Source of the DNA: Bacillota bacterium
Lineage (GTDB): Bacteria > Bacillota > UBA5301 > JAMCQP01
DNA: 64,000 nucleotides
NCBI GenBank assembly: GCA_023381695.1
Contig: JAMCQP010000083.1
Span: forward strand, 5,165 to 69,164
Direction of reading: 5' to 3'
Shown: one piece after another, positions 38,294-48,468 of the stretch
Layout: every line of letters starts with the position of its first letter
Numbering within the stretch: position 1 is the stretch's first letter
Notes under the pieces: model-generated
What the model was told of the DNA's origin: nothing
What the model saw: only the letters and a program-made list of their open reading frames with translations
Databases searched by the model: none
Program-made: the position numbers and the translations under genes

Positions 38294-41200
38294 TTGGCGG
38301 TCGACAAGCTTGTGCTGCGAACCAGATTTAACCTGCCGCGGGCCCGGCGTCAACTCTTTGCACGGCCACGTTTGGCTGCCAGGCTTTCCCGCCTCTGGGA
38401 CTATCCGCTTACGGTTGTTCAGGCCGGGCCGGGTTACGGGAAAAGTACCGCCCTGGTTGCGCTGTTGGCCGGCAAGCAACAATCTTGCTTCTGGTACAGC
38501 CTCTCTGAAGAGGACGCGGACTCCTATCTCTTCATCTTCCACCTGATTCATGCCTTTCGAACCAGCCGGCCGGCGGTGGGCATAAAGTCCCTGGCGGTGC
38601 TGGACGAGACCTCCGGCGCGGCTAGACCCTGGCAGCCCGCGGTGGACGCCCTGATTAATGAAATTCTTGACCATCTCAATGAAGAAGCCGTCCTGGTACT
38701 TGACGATTTTCATCTCCTGGGAGACCACCAGCAGATCCACAAGATCTCCGAGTACTTTGTGGAGCATTTGCCCGCACGGTTGCATGTGGTCGTTTCCACT
38801 CGCCGCAGGGTACAATGGGACTCCCTGCCCAGGTGGCGCGCCAAAGGCGAGGTTCTGGAGCTATCCCAGGAGGATCTGGCGTTCAATCAGGAGGAGATTG
38901 CCTCCTTTTTTCAGGATTACTATGGGTTCGGTCTGACCGGGGAACAATTGGAGATTCTTTTGCGCCGGACCGAAGGATGGATCATTGCGCTGGAGATGGC
39001 ATGGCAGGCCCTGCAAAGCGGCGCCACTCTGGCCAGGATGTGGGATGAACCCCCGGCTTCCCTCCGGGCGCTCTTCGAATACCTGGCCCAGGAGGTTTTG
39101 GCCAAGCAGGAACTCAGGGTGCAGAAGTTTCTCCTGGCGACGGCGATTTTTAAGCAATTGGAGCCTGCGGCTTGCGATGATCTGTGCGAAATAGGCGACA
39201 GTGCGGAGGTGCTGGGCCGACTGGAGCTTCAAGGGCTGTTTACCGTAAGCGTCGGCGACGGCCAGTATCGTTACCACCATTTGTTTCAGGATTTTCTGAG
39301 AAGGACGGCCGGAAAAGATGAAAAGATGTGGCGGGAATACCACCACCGGGCAGTGGCCTTTTATTTGCAGGGCGGCAACCGGGAGGAGGCGGTTTACTAC
39401 CTGCTTGCCGGAGGAGAATGGCACGCGGCGGCGGCCCTCCTGGAAGAAATCACCGAGGAACTTTTTCGCTCGGGAAAGCCGAACCCACTGATACCCTTGA
39501 TCGATCGGCTACCGGAGCAGATCCTGGTGGAACATCCCTTGCTGTTGTTGAACCGCGGCGATGCCTGCCGGCTGGCCAGCGCTTTTGAAGAAGCTTTGCG
39601 GTGGTACACGCTGGCGGAGGAATGTTTCACCCGCCGGCAGGACAAACCCGGCCTCAGCCGGGCTTTGCAGGGGAAGGCGCTGGTTTACCTGGACACCGTC
39701 CAACCGGTGCAGGCGGAAACCTTGCTGCGGGCGGCGGTCCGGCTTCTCGGCCGGGAGGACAGGTGGGCCCGGGCGGCGCTCCTCAAACTGATGGCGGAAA
39801 ACAAGACGAATCAGGGACAGGTGGTCCTGGCGGAGAGGCTTTGGAGAGCCTACCGGCGCCTGTCCCACGCGGCTCTGGAAGATGAACTCGACGTGCGGAT
39901 CTATCTGCGTACCGGCCGGTTAGCCGCGGCACAGGCCGCCCTGGAAAGGCGCGCTCTTGAAGAGGAAAGCGGCGATGCCACCAGCAGGGCGCCCCGTTCA
40001 CACCGGGAGACCAGGCTGGTGCTTTCACTGGTTTATGCTTTTCTCGGGGAAGCCCAGAAGGCCAGGGAATGCGCGAAAGCCGGGGTACGCCTGGGCCATC
40101 AGCTTGGGTCGCCATTCGTGGAAGCGGTGGCTTACATGAGGCTGGGCCATGCCCAGCAACTCCAGTTGCGGCCGCAACAGGAGGAAACGGCCGGATATTA
40201 CCACCGGGCGCTGGAGCTTACGGATTCCCTGAGGATCGCCCGGGGAAGGGCCGAGCCACTGATGGGGCTGTGTTTATTGCACGGCTTTGACGGCGACATG
40301 GTTCTGGCGGAAAAGGCCGGGCGGGAAGGGATGATGATTGCCGAGCGGGCCGGGGACCAATGGCTGGCCGGATACAATCGCATTGCCCTGGGGGCTTCTT
40401 ATGTGATCAACGAGGGTGATGCGCGGGCGCATGAGCTGCTCACCGGTGCGGCCACGACCTTCAGCGCCTGCGGGGACAGTTATGGGCTGACGGTGGCCCG
40501 GTTGTGGCTGGCGCTTCTTGCCCATCGCCGGGGGGAATGGGAGGAGTTTGCCGCGCAGGTCCAGCCTCTGCTGGCTCTCACGCAAACCCATGGGTATGAT
40601 TGCCTTTTTACGCAGATCACCCTCTTTGGCCCGCGGGACCTCAAGGTGGCGGTCCCCATCTTGCTTGAAGCGCGAAGCCGGGGAATCAGGGCTGATTATG
40701 CTTCCTGGCTGCTGGCGGTACTTGGCCTGCCGAAAGCGGAGGTCCATCCAGGGTATTCGCTCTACGTCCAGACTCTCGGGACGTTCCGGCTCTGGCGGGG
40801 GAAGGAGGAGGTGGCTTCAAAGGAATGGCAACGGGAGAAAGCCCGGCAGTTATTCCAGCTCCTGCTTACCAACCGCCGGCAATTGCTTCCTCGGGAGCAA
40901 ATCATGGAGGTTCTCTGGCCGGATCTGGACCCGGAATCGGCGGCACGGGATTTCAAGGTGGCCATGAATGCGTTGAACAACGTACTTGAACCGGGGCGGC
41001 CCGCCCGTTCCACGCCGTTTTACATCTTCCGGCAGGGTTCCTTGTACGGGCTGAACCTGTCGGCGGGATACTGGCTGGATGTGGACGAGTTTGAGAGCCT
41101 GATCGCCAAGGGCGGCCTGCTGGCCGAAAAGAACCGGGAAGAGGCGATGGAGCTTTACCGGCGGGCGCTGGGACTCTATGAAGGTGATTACCTGCAGGAT

Positions 41201-41515
41201 TGTTTATATGAGGATTGGTCCAGCACCGAACGGGAACGGCTGCTGTCGCTCTACTTCCGGACGGCGTCGAAGCTGGCTCAGCTGCTGGCGGACGATGGGA
41301 ATTATGAGGAGTGCATTCCGCTTTGCGAGCGGATTCTGTCCAGGGACAACTGCTGGGAGGAGGCCTACCGCCTCTTGATGCACTGTTATCACCAGCAGGG
41401 GAGGCGCCATCTGGCTCTGCGGGCTTACGAGCGTTGCGCGCAGCGTCTGGAGGACGAGATGGGCGTGGCGCCCACCGCGCGGACGACGGAGCTGTACCGG
41501 CAGATCAAGGCATAG
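38294..41515 (+). CDS. Large transcriptional activator: MalT-like ATPase + TPR + C-terminal wHTH/BTAD (SARP-like)
   Basis: AGPGYGKST, LVLDDFH, TEGW, YRYHHLF; C-terminal LWPD...DVDEF...LYEGDYL...WEEAYR.LM. Confidence 0.9.
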   Translation: MAVDKLVLRTRFNLPRARRQLFARPRLAARLSRLWDYPLTVVQAGPGYGKSTALVALLAGKQQSCFWYSLSEEDADSYLFIFHLIHAFRTSRPAVGIKSLAVLDETSGAARPWQPAVDALINEILDHLNEEAVLVLDDFHLLGDHQQIHKISEYFVEHLPARLHVVVSTRRRVQWDSLPRWRAKGEVLELSQEDLAFNQEEIASFFQDYYGFGLTGEQLEILLRRTEGWIIALEMAWQALQSGATLARMWDEPPASLRALFEYLAQEVLAKQELRVQKFLLATAIFKQLEPAACDDLCEIGDSAEVLGRLELQGLFTVSVGDGQYRYHHLFQDFLRRTAGKDEKMWREYHHRAVAFYLQGGNREEAVYYLLAGGEWHAAAALLEEITEELFRSGKPNPLIPLIDRLPEQILVEHPLLLLNRGDACRLASAFEEALRWYTLAEECFTRRQDKPGLSRALQGKALVYLDTVQPVQAETLLRAAVRLLGREDRWARAALLKLMAENKTNQGQVVLAERLWRAYRRLSHAALEDELDVRIYLRTGRLAAAQAALERRALEEESGDATSRAPRSHRETRLVLSLVYAFLGEAQKARECAKAGVRLGHQLGSPFVEAVAYMRLGHAQQLQLRPQQEETAGYYHRALELTDSLRIARGRAEPLMGLCLLHGFDGDMVLAEKAGREGMMIAERAGDQWLAGYNRIALGASYVINEGDARAHELLTGAATTFSACGDSYGLTVARLWLALLAHRRGEWEEFAAQVQPLLALTQTHGYDCLFTQITLFGPRDLKVAVPILLEARSRGIRADYASWLLAVLGLPKAEVHPGYSLYVQTLGTFRLWRGKEEVASKEWQREKARQLFQLLLTNRRQLLPREQIMEVLWPDLDPESAARDFKVAMNALNNVLEPGRPARSTPFYIFRQGSLYGLNLSAGYWLDVDEFESLIAKGGLLAEKNREEAMELYRRALGLYEGDYLQDCLYEDWSSTERERLLSLYFRTASKLAQLLADDGNYEECIPLCERILSRDNCWEEAYRLLMHCYHQQGRRHLALRAYERCAQRLEDEMGVAPTARTTELYRQIKA

Positions 41516-42023
41516 AAACAGACCCCTCAGGTACTTTCAGATATTGAACAGAATCCTCATGTACTTTGCCCTGGCCCGGAAGATGCTGGTAGAGGTAGAA
41601 AGGATAGATCTGAAATCCGGCTGTCACAAAGTCCTTATCCAGGGTAAATACCGCATCTATCCCGTAAGACTCCATGCAGGCAAAAGAAGTGGCGTCCACG
41701 AAGCTGAGCAAATGATCTCGATATTGAATAAGCCACCGGTAGGCCCGTTCCTCCAGATCCCGATCCACAAAGAGAACCTGGATATGCTGAGTGCTCTGGA
41801 TCGTCGCCAGGAATTGAAAGGCTAAATCAGGGATTCTTTTTGCCCCGCTCCGGAGCATGGTGAAGGACTCGCCGACAACGGTGTTGGAGGTGACTATTTC
41901 CGTTTCCAATTGCAAAAGTTCTGAATAGGCCGCGGACATGATTTGGTGCCTTTCATCTTCCGGGTTAAGGATGGCGAACCAGGCGCTGGTGTCCACAAAG
42001 ACCCCGCGCGGCGGCTGGGTCAT
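41505..42023 (-). CDS. vapC: VapC/PIN-domain toxin
   Basis: FVDTSAW, VGES, SFVDATSF and TLDKDF acidic motifs. Confidence 0.9.
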   Translation of the reverse strand: MTQPPRGVFVDTSAWFAILNPEDERHQIMSAAYSELLQLETEIVTSNTVVGESFTMLRSGAKRIPDLAFQFLATIQSTQHIQVLFVDRDLEERAYRWLIQYRDHLLSFVDATSFACMESYGIDAVFTLDKDFVTAGFQIYPFYLYQHLPGQGKVHEDSVQYLKVPEGSVSMP

Positions 42024-42319
42024 AACTTTTTCTTCCCCTCCTTCCAGTCTTCAACATAGATATACTTGTCGTGATTTACGGACGCGTCTTTTGGAAAATC
42101 TTCACCCTTCAGCAATCCAATTAACTTGAAGGCCGGATCTTCCTCAAGTGGGGTTTTTTTGATGATCACCAACCGTATCCCTTCCCGGATCAGCTGGGCC
42201 TTGGACACCTTCAATTTTGCCGCCAGGCGTTCCAGTTGCGCGTCAACCCTCGGTTCGAGATAAAATTGGAGCCGCTTCATGCGTTTTTTCCCGTTGTTAA
42301 TCTTTTTGCGTAATTCCAT
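42020..42319 (-). CDS. CopG/ribbon-helix-helix antitoxin
   Basis: MKRLQFYL...L..LA....VSKAQLIREGI and DASVNHDKYIY; overlaps the vapC start; AGGAGG RBS. Confidence 0.85.
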   Translation of the reverse strand: MELRKKINNGKKRMKRLQFYLEPRVDAQLERLAAKLKVSKAQLIREGIRLVIIKKTPLEEDPAFKLIGLLKGEDFPKDASVNHDKYIYVEDWKEGKKKL

Positions 42320-42360
42320 CCAGGCCACCTCCTCCTGGTATCTCTTACCTTTCTCAACCC

Positions 42361-42389
42361 AGTATAGCATACAAAAATATACACCGCAA
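42361..42389 (-). promoter_or_regulatory. sigmaA promoter of the TA operon
   Basis: Minus strand TTGCGG-N17-TATACT with extended TG; TGTAT repeats in the spacer. Confidence 0.65.
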
Positions 42390-42436
42390 CAGCTACCCAC
42401 ATTTTTTGAATAATTTAATTTGAACTTTTGCCGGGC

Positions 42437-42481
42437 TTGTAACCGATTTGTAACCGGTTTGCGACAACCGCCTGTTAGGAT
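42437..42481 (+). promoter_or_regulatory. Putative BTAD/SARP-activator binding repeats and -10 box
   Basis: TTGTAACC (42437), TTGTAACC (42448) and TTGCGACA (42459) at 11-bp period; TGnTAGGAT at 42473-42481. Confidence 0.65.
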
Positions 42482-42605
42482 AAAGCTGGCGGGGGCTGTG
42501 GCGCCTTTCTGTTTTCAGGTACAGGGTGGCTGCTTGGATGCTGCAGGCTATTTTCGGGGTATGGCCAGGGCGGGAAAGGGGTTTACATTCCGGATGCCAG
42601 GACAG

Positions 42606-42857
42606 ATGGTCATCGCTTCTTTTATGTTGAGATTCGTGAAAGAGAAAGGCGAGGGTGAAGCGGCCGGCGCCGGGAGCCGGTGGCGCGTTTATCTCCGGCA
42701 CATCCAGAGCGGCAAAGAACAATATTTTGCGACTCTACAAGCGGCTTTCGGTTTTTTGGAGGAATACCTGGCAAAAGACGAGACCGGAGAAGAGGTTCTT
42801 GATTTTGAATTTGGGGCCAATAAAGAAGAGTGTGAGGGAGAAGAAGATGGGCTATGA
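42606..42857 (+). CDS. Small hypothetical protein, first gene of the operon
   Basis: 83 aa, SFMLRF...WRVYLRHIQSG.EQYF; overlaps the next gene's start. Confidence 0.7.
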   Translation: MVIASFMLRFVKEKGEGEAAGAGSRWRVYLRHIQSGKEQYFATLQAAFGFLEEYLAKDETGEEVLDFEFGANKEECEGEEDGL

Positions 42858-43704
42858 TATTCTGATCAACGGAAGCATCAATGGCGCCTTTTATGCGCTT
42901 TTGGCGCTGGGCTTCTGCCTGATGTTCGGGGTGGCCAGGCTGGTCAACCTCTACCACGGATCCTACTATATGCTGGCCGCCTATTTTACCTATCTGTTTG
43001 CCGTTTTGCTGCGCTGGCCGCTGCTGCTTGCCGTTGCGGCATCCCTGAGCGGGGTGGTGGCGGTGGCGATCCTCGTGGATCGGGTTTGTGTCAACCGGGT
43101 CAGGCAATCTTCCATCGCCGTCATGATCTGCACGCTGGGCCTGGCCTATTTTACCCAGTACCTCGTCAGAATTCTCTTTGGCCCCCGCTACCTGAGCATC
43201 CCGGCCTTTGTCTCGGGAAATGCAGGTATTCTGGGGGTCGTGATCCCTTCCACCAGGCTGTTGGCCTTTGGGGTGGGGATTGGTTTGATCCTGGCGTTGT
43301 GGGCATTTATCGGCAAAACCAGGGCCGGCAGGTCGATTATGGCCGTGGCGCAGGATCCGGAGGCCGCCACCTATATGGGCATCAATACTGCGGCGGCATT
43401 CACGATGGCTACCGGGATATCCGCTTTTTTGGCCGGCGTGGCGGGGACCGTGGTCGCGCCGTTTTTGTCGGTGGATCCGGGGATGTGGCTTTTGCCGCTG
43501 ATCAAGGCATTTGCCATCGTAATCCTTGGGGGCCTTGGAAGCCTCTGGGGGAGCGTACTGGCAGCCTTCTTATTGGGATATCTCGAAACGGGTGTCTCCC
43601 TCCTGCTTTCCACCAATGTCCGGGAGATCGTGTTTTTGGCGGTGGTCTTGCTGGTGCTGATCATTAAACCATCGGGTTTGTTGGGCAAGTCGTTGACAGC
43701 CTGA
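42847..43704 (+). CDS. Liv-type ABC transporter permease (LivH-like)
   Basis: YALLALGF.LMFGV..LVNLYHG, GRSIMAVAQD.EAA, ILGGLGS. Confidence 0.92.
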   Translation: MGYDILINGSINGAFYALLALGFCLMFGVARLVNLYHGSYYMLAAYFTYLFAVLLRWPLLLAVAASLSGVVAVAILVDRVCVNRVRQSSIAVMICTLGLAYFTQYLVRILFGPRYLSIPAFVSGNAGILGVVIPSTRLLAFGVGIGLILALWAFIGKTRAGRSIMAVAQDPEAATYMGINTAAAFTMATGISAFLAGVAGTVVAPFLSVDPGMWLLPLIKAFAIVILGGLGSLWGSVLAAFLLGYLETGVSLLLSTNVREIVFLAVVLLVLIIKPSGLLGKSLTA

Positions 43705-43763
43705 TGTGAACCCAAGGCCAGATTGGCCGATGACGGCCCGATTTGGACGAAAGGCGGTATCCG

Positions 43764-44771
43764 GTGGTGAAGCTGTTCAAACCCTTAAATGTGGTAGTGG
43801 TTCTCCTGGTGTTGCTCCTGGCCATGCCTTTACTCACCAAAAATAGTTACCTGCTCGGGGTGTTGATCCTGGCCAATATCTATGCGGTTTACGCGGCAGG
43901 CTGGGACCTCCTCTCTGGCTACACCGGGCGGGAAAACTTCGGATATGCCCTGTTTATCGGGGCAGGAGCCTACGCCGTCGGGTTTATCAGCAAGGTCTTC
44001 CCGGTTCAAGCCTGGTTGTCGCTACCGGTTGGGGGGCTCACCGCGGCGGCGTTCGGCTTGCTGATCGGCATCCCCTGTTTGCGGCTGAAAGGGCCTTATC
44101 TGGCGTTGGCTACCCTGGCGGCGGCGGCCATCGCAGAACGGGTGGTGATGATCTTTTCCGGGGTGACCGGGGGTGAGGAAGGGATGATCGGCATCGCCCC
44201 ACTTTCCTTCGAACCGCTGAACAGCTATTATTACTCGGTGATCTTCATGGCGGTGTCCATCGGGATCCTGTATCTGATCGGCCACCTGCCGGAGGGGTTG
44301 CTCCTCAAGTCCATCAAGCAGGATGAGACAGCGGCGGAGGCGGCCGGGATCAACACCACCTTTCACAAGGTGCTGGCGTTTGTGGTTAGCGCTTTCTTCG
44401 GCGGGGCAGCGGGGGCCTTTAACGCCCATTACATGGGATATGTGGGGCCGGACGCGGTTTTGAACTCCACTATTTCTCTAACGGTGATCATCATGGCGGT
44501 GGTGGGCGGAACCGGTTCTATCCTGGGGGCGGCCGGCGGGGCGTACCTTCTAACCCTCCTGGGCGAGTTTCTCAAGCGGTTCGGGGATTTTCATCTCCTT
44601 TTCTATACGGCGCTTCTCGTTCTGGTGGTGCTTTTTATGCCTAAAGGCATGATCAACAGCCTGGCTTTGAAATTGCCCGGGCCAGGGTCCGAACCTGTGT
44701 CTCGGCCGGTGTCCGGGCCTGGCGGGCATAGCGGCCAGGTTGGCCCGGGAAGGGCGGGTGGGCGGCAGTGA
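43764..44771 (+). CDS. Liv-type ABC transporter permease (LivM-like)
   Basis: WDLLSGYTG, RLKGPYLALATL, DETAAEAAGIN. Confidence 0.92.
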   Translation: MVKLFKPLNVVVVLLVLLLAMPLLTKNSYLLGVLILANIYAVYAAGWDLLSGYTGRENFGYALFIGAGAYAVGFISKVFPVQAWLSLPVGGLTAAAFGLLIGIPCLRLKGPYLALATLAAAAIAERVVMIFSGVTGGEEGMIGIAPLSFEPLNSYYYSVIFMAVSIGILYLIGHLPEGLLLKSIKQDETAAEAAGINTTFHKVLAFVVSAFFGGAAGAFNAHYMGYVGPDAVLNSTISLTVIIMAVVGGTGSILGAAGGAYLLTLLGEFLKRFGDFHLLFYTALLVLVVLFMPKGMINSLALKLPGPGSEPVSRPVSGPGGHSGQVGPGRAGGRQ

Positions 44772-45535
44772 CCCAGGATTATATTCTGGAGGTCCAGGAT
44801 CTGTATAAGAGGTTTGGTGGTCTGGAAGCCACCAGGTATGTGAGTTTTCGGGTGAAGGCCGGGGAACTCCTCGGCATCCTGGGGCCGAACGGCGCCGGAA
44901 AGACCACTCTCTTCAACCAACTTTCGGGGGCTTTCCCTCCGACCTCCGGACGGATTCTCTTCAAGGGCTGGGAGATCACCGGCCTTAAGCCCTACCAGAT
45001 TGCAAACCGGGGTATCGTGAGGACCTTCCAGATTGTGCGGCCTTTTCGGGAGTTGACGGTGGCGGAAAATGTGACCATTCCCTGCCTTTCTCACCGGGGA
45101 CGCGGGCTCATTGGCAACCTCGGCCAAGGCGGCCTCAGGCGTTGGGTTACGGAAGTCCTGGAGATGGTGGAACTGGCTCCCAAGATGCATCTGGCGGCGG
45201 GGCTGTTGACCCATGGTGAACTGAAAAAACTTGAAGTGGCCAGAGCGCTGGCCATGCGCCCGGAGATCATCCTTCTTGATGAACCCTTTGCCGGCCTGGG
45301 ATACCAGGAGATTGCGCCGGTGGCGGAGGTAATCCGCCGTTTGAACGCGGAAAATGGCGTTACCGTGCTGATCATTGAACACAAGCTGCGGGAGTTCATG
45401 AGGCTTGTCAAGCGGATTGTAGCTCTAAATTACGGTGAAAAGATCGCCGAGGGTACCCCGGAGGAGATTGTGCAAAATCCCCTGGTCGTCGAGGCTTATC
45501 TGGGGAAAGGAGGGACGGCCCTTGCCAATTCTTGA
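44768..45535 (+). CDS. Liv-type ABC ATP-binding protein (LivG-like)
   Basis: GPNGAGKTT, RTFQ, LLDEP, VVEAYLG. Confidence 0.93.
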   Translation: MTQDYILEVQDLYKRFGGLEATRYVSFRVKAGELLGILGPNGAGKTTLFNQLSGAFPPTSGRILFKGWEITGLKPYQIANRGIVRTFQIVRPFRELTVAENVTIPCLSHRGRGLIGNLGQGGLRRWVTEVLEMVELAPKMHLAAGLLTHGELKKLEVARALAMRPEIILLDEPFAGLGYQEIAPVAEVIRRLNAENGVTVLIIEHKLREFMRLVKRIVALNYGEKIAEGTPEEIVQNPLVVEAYLGKGGTALANS

Positions 45536-46232
45536 GGTCGGTGGGCTATCGGTTTCATACGGCAGCGCGCTCATTCTTGACGAGGTAAGCCTGGAGGTGG
45601 AATTCAGCCAGTGCGTAGCGGTGCTGGGCCCCAACGGAGCCGGCAAGACCACGCTTTTACGGGCGATCTCCCGCATGGTGCCCTCCCGCGGTTCGATCCG
45701 GTATGACGGGAAGGAGATTACCTCGACAAGCCCGCACCGACTGCCGGGCATGGGGGTTGTTCATTGCCCGGAGAACAGGCATCTGTTTCCGGAGTTTACG
45801 GTAATGGAAAACCTGGAGATGGGGGCTTTTACAAGAAGGGATAAGAAGGCGATGGGAGAGGACCTGGAGCGATGTTTCCGGATCTTTCCGGTCCTGGCCA
45901 AAAGAAAAGGGCAGCTTGCCGGGACGATGAGCGGCGGTGAACAGCAGATGCTGGCCATTGCCCGGGCCATGATGGGCAAGCCCAGGCTGTTGTTGCTGGA
46001 TGAACCATCCATCGGGCTGGCACAGGTGGTCAAGGAGCAGATCTTTCAGGCGGTCCGGGAGATCAAAGGGCTGGGGGTCACCCTTCTGCTGGTGGAGCAG
46101 GATACCACCATGGCTTTGGGTATCGCCGACCAGGTATATATTCTGAAGCAGGGTAGGATAGCCGCTTCCGGGGCGCTGGAAGAGCTTTTCCGGGATACCC
46201 GTATCAAGGATCTTTACCTGGGGATGGGGTAG
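45522..46232 (+). CDS. Liv-type ABC ATP-binding protein (LivF-like)
   Basis: GPNGAGKTT, MSGGEQQMLAIARA, LLDEPS. Confidence 0.93.
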   Translation: MPILEVGGLSVSYGSALILDEVSLEVEFSQCVAVLGPNGAGKTTLLRAISRMVPSRGSIRYDGKEITSTSPHRLPGMGVVHCPENRHLFPEFTVMENLEMGAFTRRDKKAMGEDLERCFRIFPVLAKRKGQLAGTMSGGEQQMLAIARAMMGKPRLLLLDEPSIGLAQVVKEQIFQAVREIKGLGVTLLLVEQDTTMALGIADQVYILKQGRIAASGALEELFRDTRIKDLYLGMG

Positions 46233-46257
46233 CAAAAAAATTTGGAGGTGTATTAGA

Positions 46258-47532
46258 GTGAACGGACAAGATCAAAGGGCAGGCAGGATAATGCGCAGGG
46301 GGATCGTGATTGCCCTGGTGGTCATGGTGCTGACCGGTGCCGGCATGAACGCCGGTTTGGGGCTTTCCACGCCTTTCGCTTCCGTGGCGCTTGCCGCGGA
46401 ACCCATCAAGGTGGGGGTAATCGGCCCCTTCCAGATTGATCACGGTGTTTTCATCCGCGAGGCGGTGCAAATGGCGGCGGACGAGATCAACGCCAAAGGC
46501 GGGATCCTCGGTCGGAAGATCGAACTTTACTACGCCGACGACGAAAACTCGGTGGTAAAGGGCAATACCTCCCTGCGGAAGCTCTTGGCCCTGGATAACG
46601 TGGATTTCATCGTCGGGGGGTTCTCCAGCGGGGTGGTCTCCGGCATCTTTGACGTCATGGCCCAGTATAAGAAGATCTGGCTGGGCACCGGGGCAGCCTC
46701 TCCGGTGATCATCGAACGGATCAGGAACAACTACCATCAATACAAGTATTATTTCCGGGTGGGGACGCTGGGTGCCGACTACCAGGCCGATGCCATCGCG
46801 GATTTCATCGTGGATATGCTCAACAAAAAGCATGGTTTTACCCGGGCGGCCATCCTGTCCACCAACGTGAAGTACGCGCAGGATATCAGTGAGGCGGTAA
46901 AAGAGAAGATCGAGAAGGCCGGTTTGAAGGTAGTCTACAAGGAGTATTTCAACCCGGATACCACCGATTTCTCGCCGAATTTCACCAAGGCCCAGAACAG
47001 CGGGGCGCAGTTCATCGTCAACGTGATTCCCGGCAATGAGGGCATCACCTATGTCAAGCAATGGAGCGACAAGAAGGTGCCGCTGCCCATCGTGGGAGCC
47101 ATCGCGCTGGCGCTGAAGGACGAATTTTTCCAGGAAACCGACGGCAAGTCGCTCTTTGAAGCGTCGTCCAGTCCCAACAGCGGGCCGGCCAGGATCACCC
47201 CCAACACCCTCGATTTCGTGGCCCGTTTCAAGGCGCGCTATAGACATTCTCCGGGTTACATCGCTTATCCGGCCTATGATACTCTTTATGTACTCAAAGA
47301 TGCCGCCGAGCGGGCTAAGAGCCTGGAGACGGAAGCTTTGATCGCCGCCCTGGAAAAAACGGATTTTGTGGGGGTGGCGCCGATAGCCTTCACGAAAGAT
47401 CACGACCTGAAATACGGCGGCAAGTATGCCAGGTTTGTCTGGTATCAGTTCCAGGAGGGCGGCAAGCGCGTGGCGGTCTACCCGCAGGAGTATGCCACCG
47501 GCGTGTATAATCTGCCATCGTGGATCAAGTAG
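46258..47532 (+). CDS. Liv-type ABC substrate-binding protein
   Basis: Signal peptide ending ALA; IKVGVIGP, EINAKGGILGRKIEL. Confidence 0.92.
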   Translation: MNGQDQRAGRIMRRGIVIALVVMVLTGAGMNAGLGLSTPFASVALAAEPIKVGVIGPFQIDHGVFIREAVQMAADEINAKGGILGRKIELYYADDENSVVKGNTSLRKLLALDNVDFIVGGFSSGVVSGIFDVMAQYKKIWLGTGAASPVIIERIRNNYHQYKYYFRVGTLGADYQADAIADFIVDMLNKKHGFTRAAILSTNVKYAQDISEAVKEKIEKAGLKVVYKEYFNPDTTDFSPNFTKAQNSGAQFIVNVIPGNEGITYVKQWSDKKVPLPIVGAIALALKDEFFQETDGKSLFEASSSPNSGPARITPNTLDFVARFKARYRHSPGYIAYPAYDTLYVLKDAAERAKSLETEALIAALEKTDFVGVAPIAFTKDHDLKYGGKYARFVWYQFQEGGKRVAVYPQEYATGVYNLPSWIK

Positions 47533-47586
47533 CATCCTGTTTTTGAATTTGTGATATCCTCGGTGGGTCGAAAGGGGATGTGGCGC

Positions 47587-48375
47587 TTGGGCAAGGTGCA
47601 CGTGGGGGACATCGACATCCACTACGAAATTCACGGGAGTGGGGAACCGCTGGTCCTCATCGAAGGGCTGGGCTATGCCGCCTGGATGTGGTTCAAGCAG
47701 GTTCCCGAGTTGTCGAAGCACTTTCAGGTGATCATCTTTGACAACCGTGGGGTCGGCAACACGGATAAACCGGATATGGAGTATTCCATCAAAATGTTTG
47801 CCGAGGACACGGCCGGGCTCCTCAAAGCGCTTGGCATTCCCCGGGCATACATCCTCGGCGTTTCCATGGGAGGTTTTATCGCGCAGGAGTTTGCTCTTGC
47901 TTACCCGGAGATGGCCAAAAAGCTCATCCTGTGTTCAACCTCCTTCGGTGGGCCGCATATGATTCCGATTCCTGAGCGCACTTTGCAGATCATGGCCCAG
48001 GGGGGTCGGACGCCGGAAGAGACCTTCCGGGTTGGCCTTTCGGTGGCGGTGGGAGGGAATTATCTGCAAAAGAAGGCAGATGAAATGGAGATGATCATCG
48101 GCTGGCGCCTGGCCAATATTCAGCCCAGGTATGCCTATATGCGGCAGTTCCATGCCGGCGCGGGTTTTGACGCCGAGGAGCGGGTCGGCCGGATCACGGC
48201 GCCAACCCTGGTCATGGCCGGTGAGGATGATCAGGTGGTTCCGGCCGAAAATGCCCGCCTTCTGACGGCAAAGATCGCGGGGGCCAGGCTGGAACTCTTT
48301 CCCGGCGCCGGGCACCTGTTCTTTATCGAAAAAGCCGCGGAATTCAACCGGAAGGTCCTGGATTTCTTGCGGTAA
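47587..48375 (+). CDS. Cytoplasmic alpha/beta hydrolase
   Basis: DNRGVG, nucleophile elbow GVSMG, GEDD, GAGH. Confidence 0.92.
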   Translation: MGKVHVGDIDIHYEIHGSGEPLVLIEGLGYAAWMWFKQVPELSKHFQVIIFDNRGVGNTDKPDMEYSIKMFAEDTAGLLKALGIPRAYILGVSMGGFIAQEFALAYPEMAKKLILCSTSFGGPHMIPIPERTLQIMAQGGRTPEETFRVGLSVAVGGNYLQKKADEMEMIIGWRLANIQPRYAYMRQFHAGAGFDAEERVGRITAPTLVMAGEDDQVVPAENARLLTAKIAGARLELFPGAGHLFFIEKAAEFNRKVLDFLR

Positions 48376-48468
48376 CATGGATGTTTCCTATGCTTCCTTG
48401 CGATGAATTGAGGATTTCTCGCGACAAACCGGGGTATCTGTTCCAACGGTAAATTGGGGGCATCGTTG

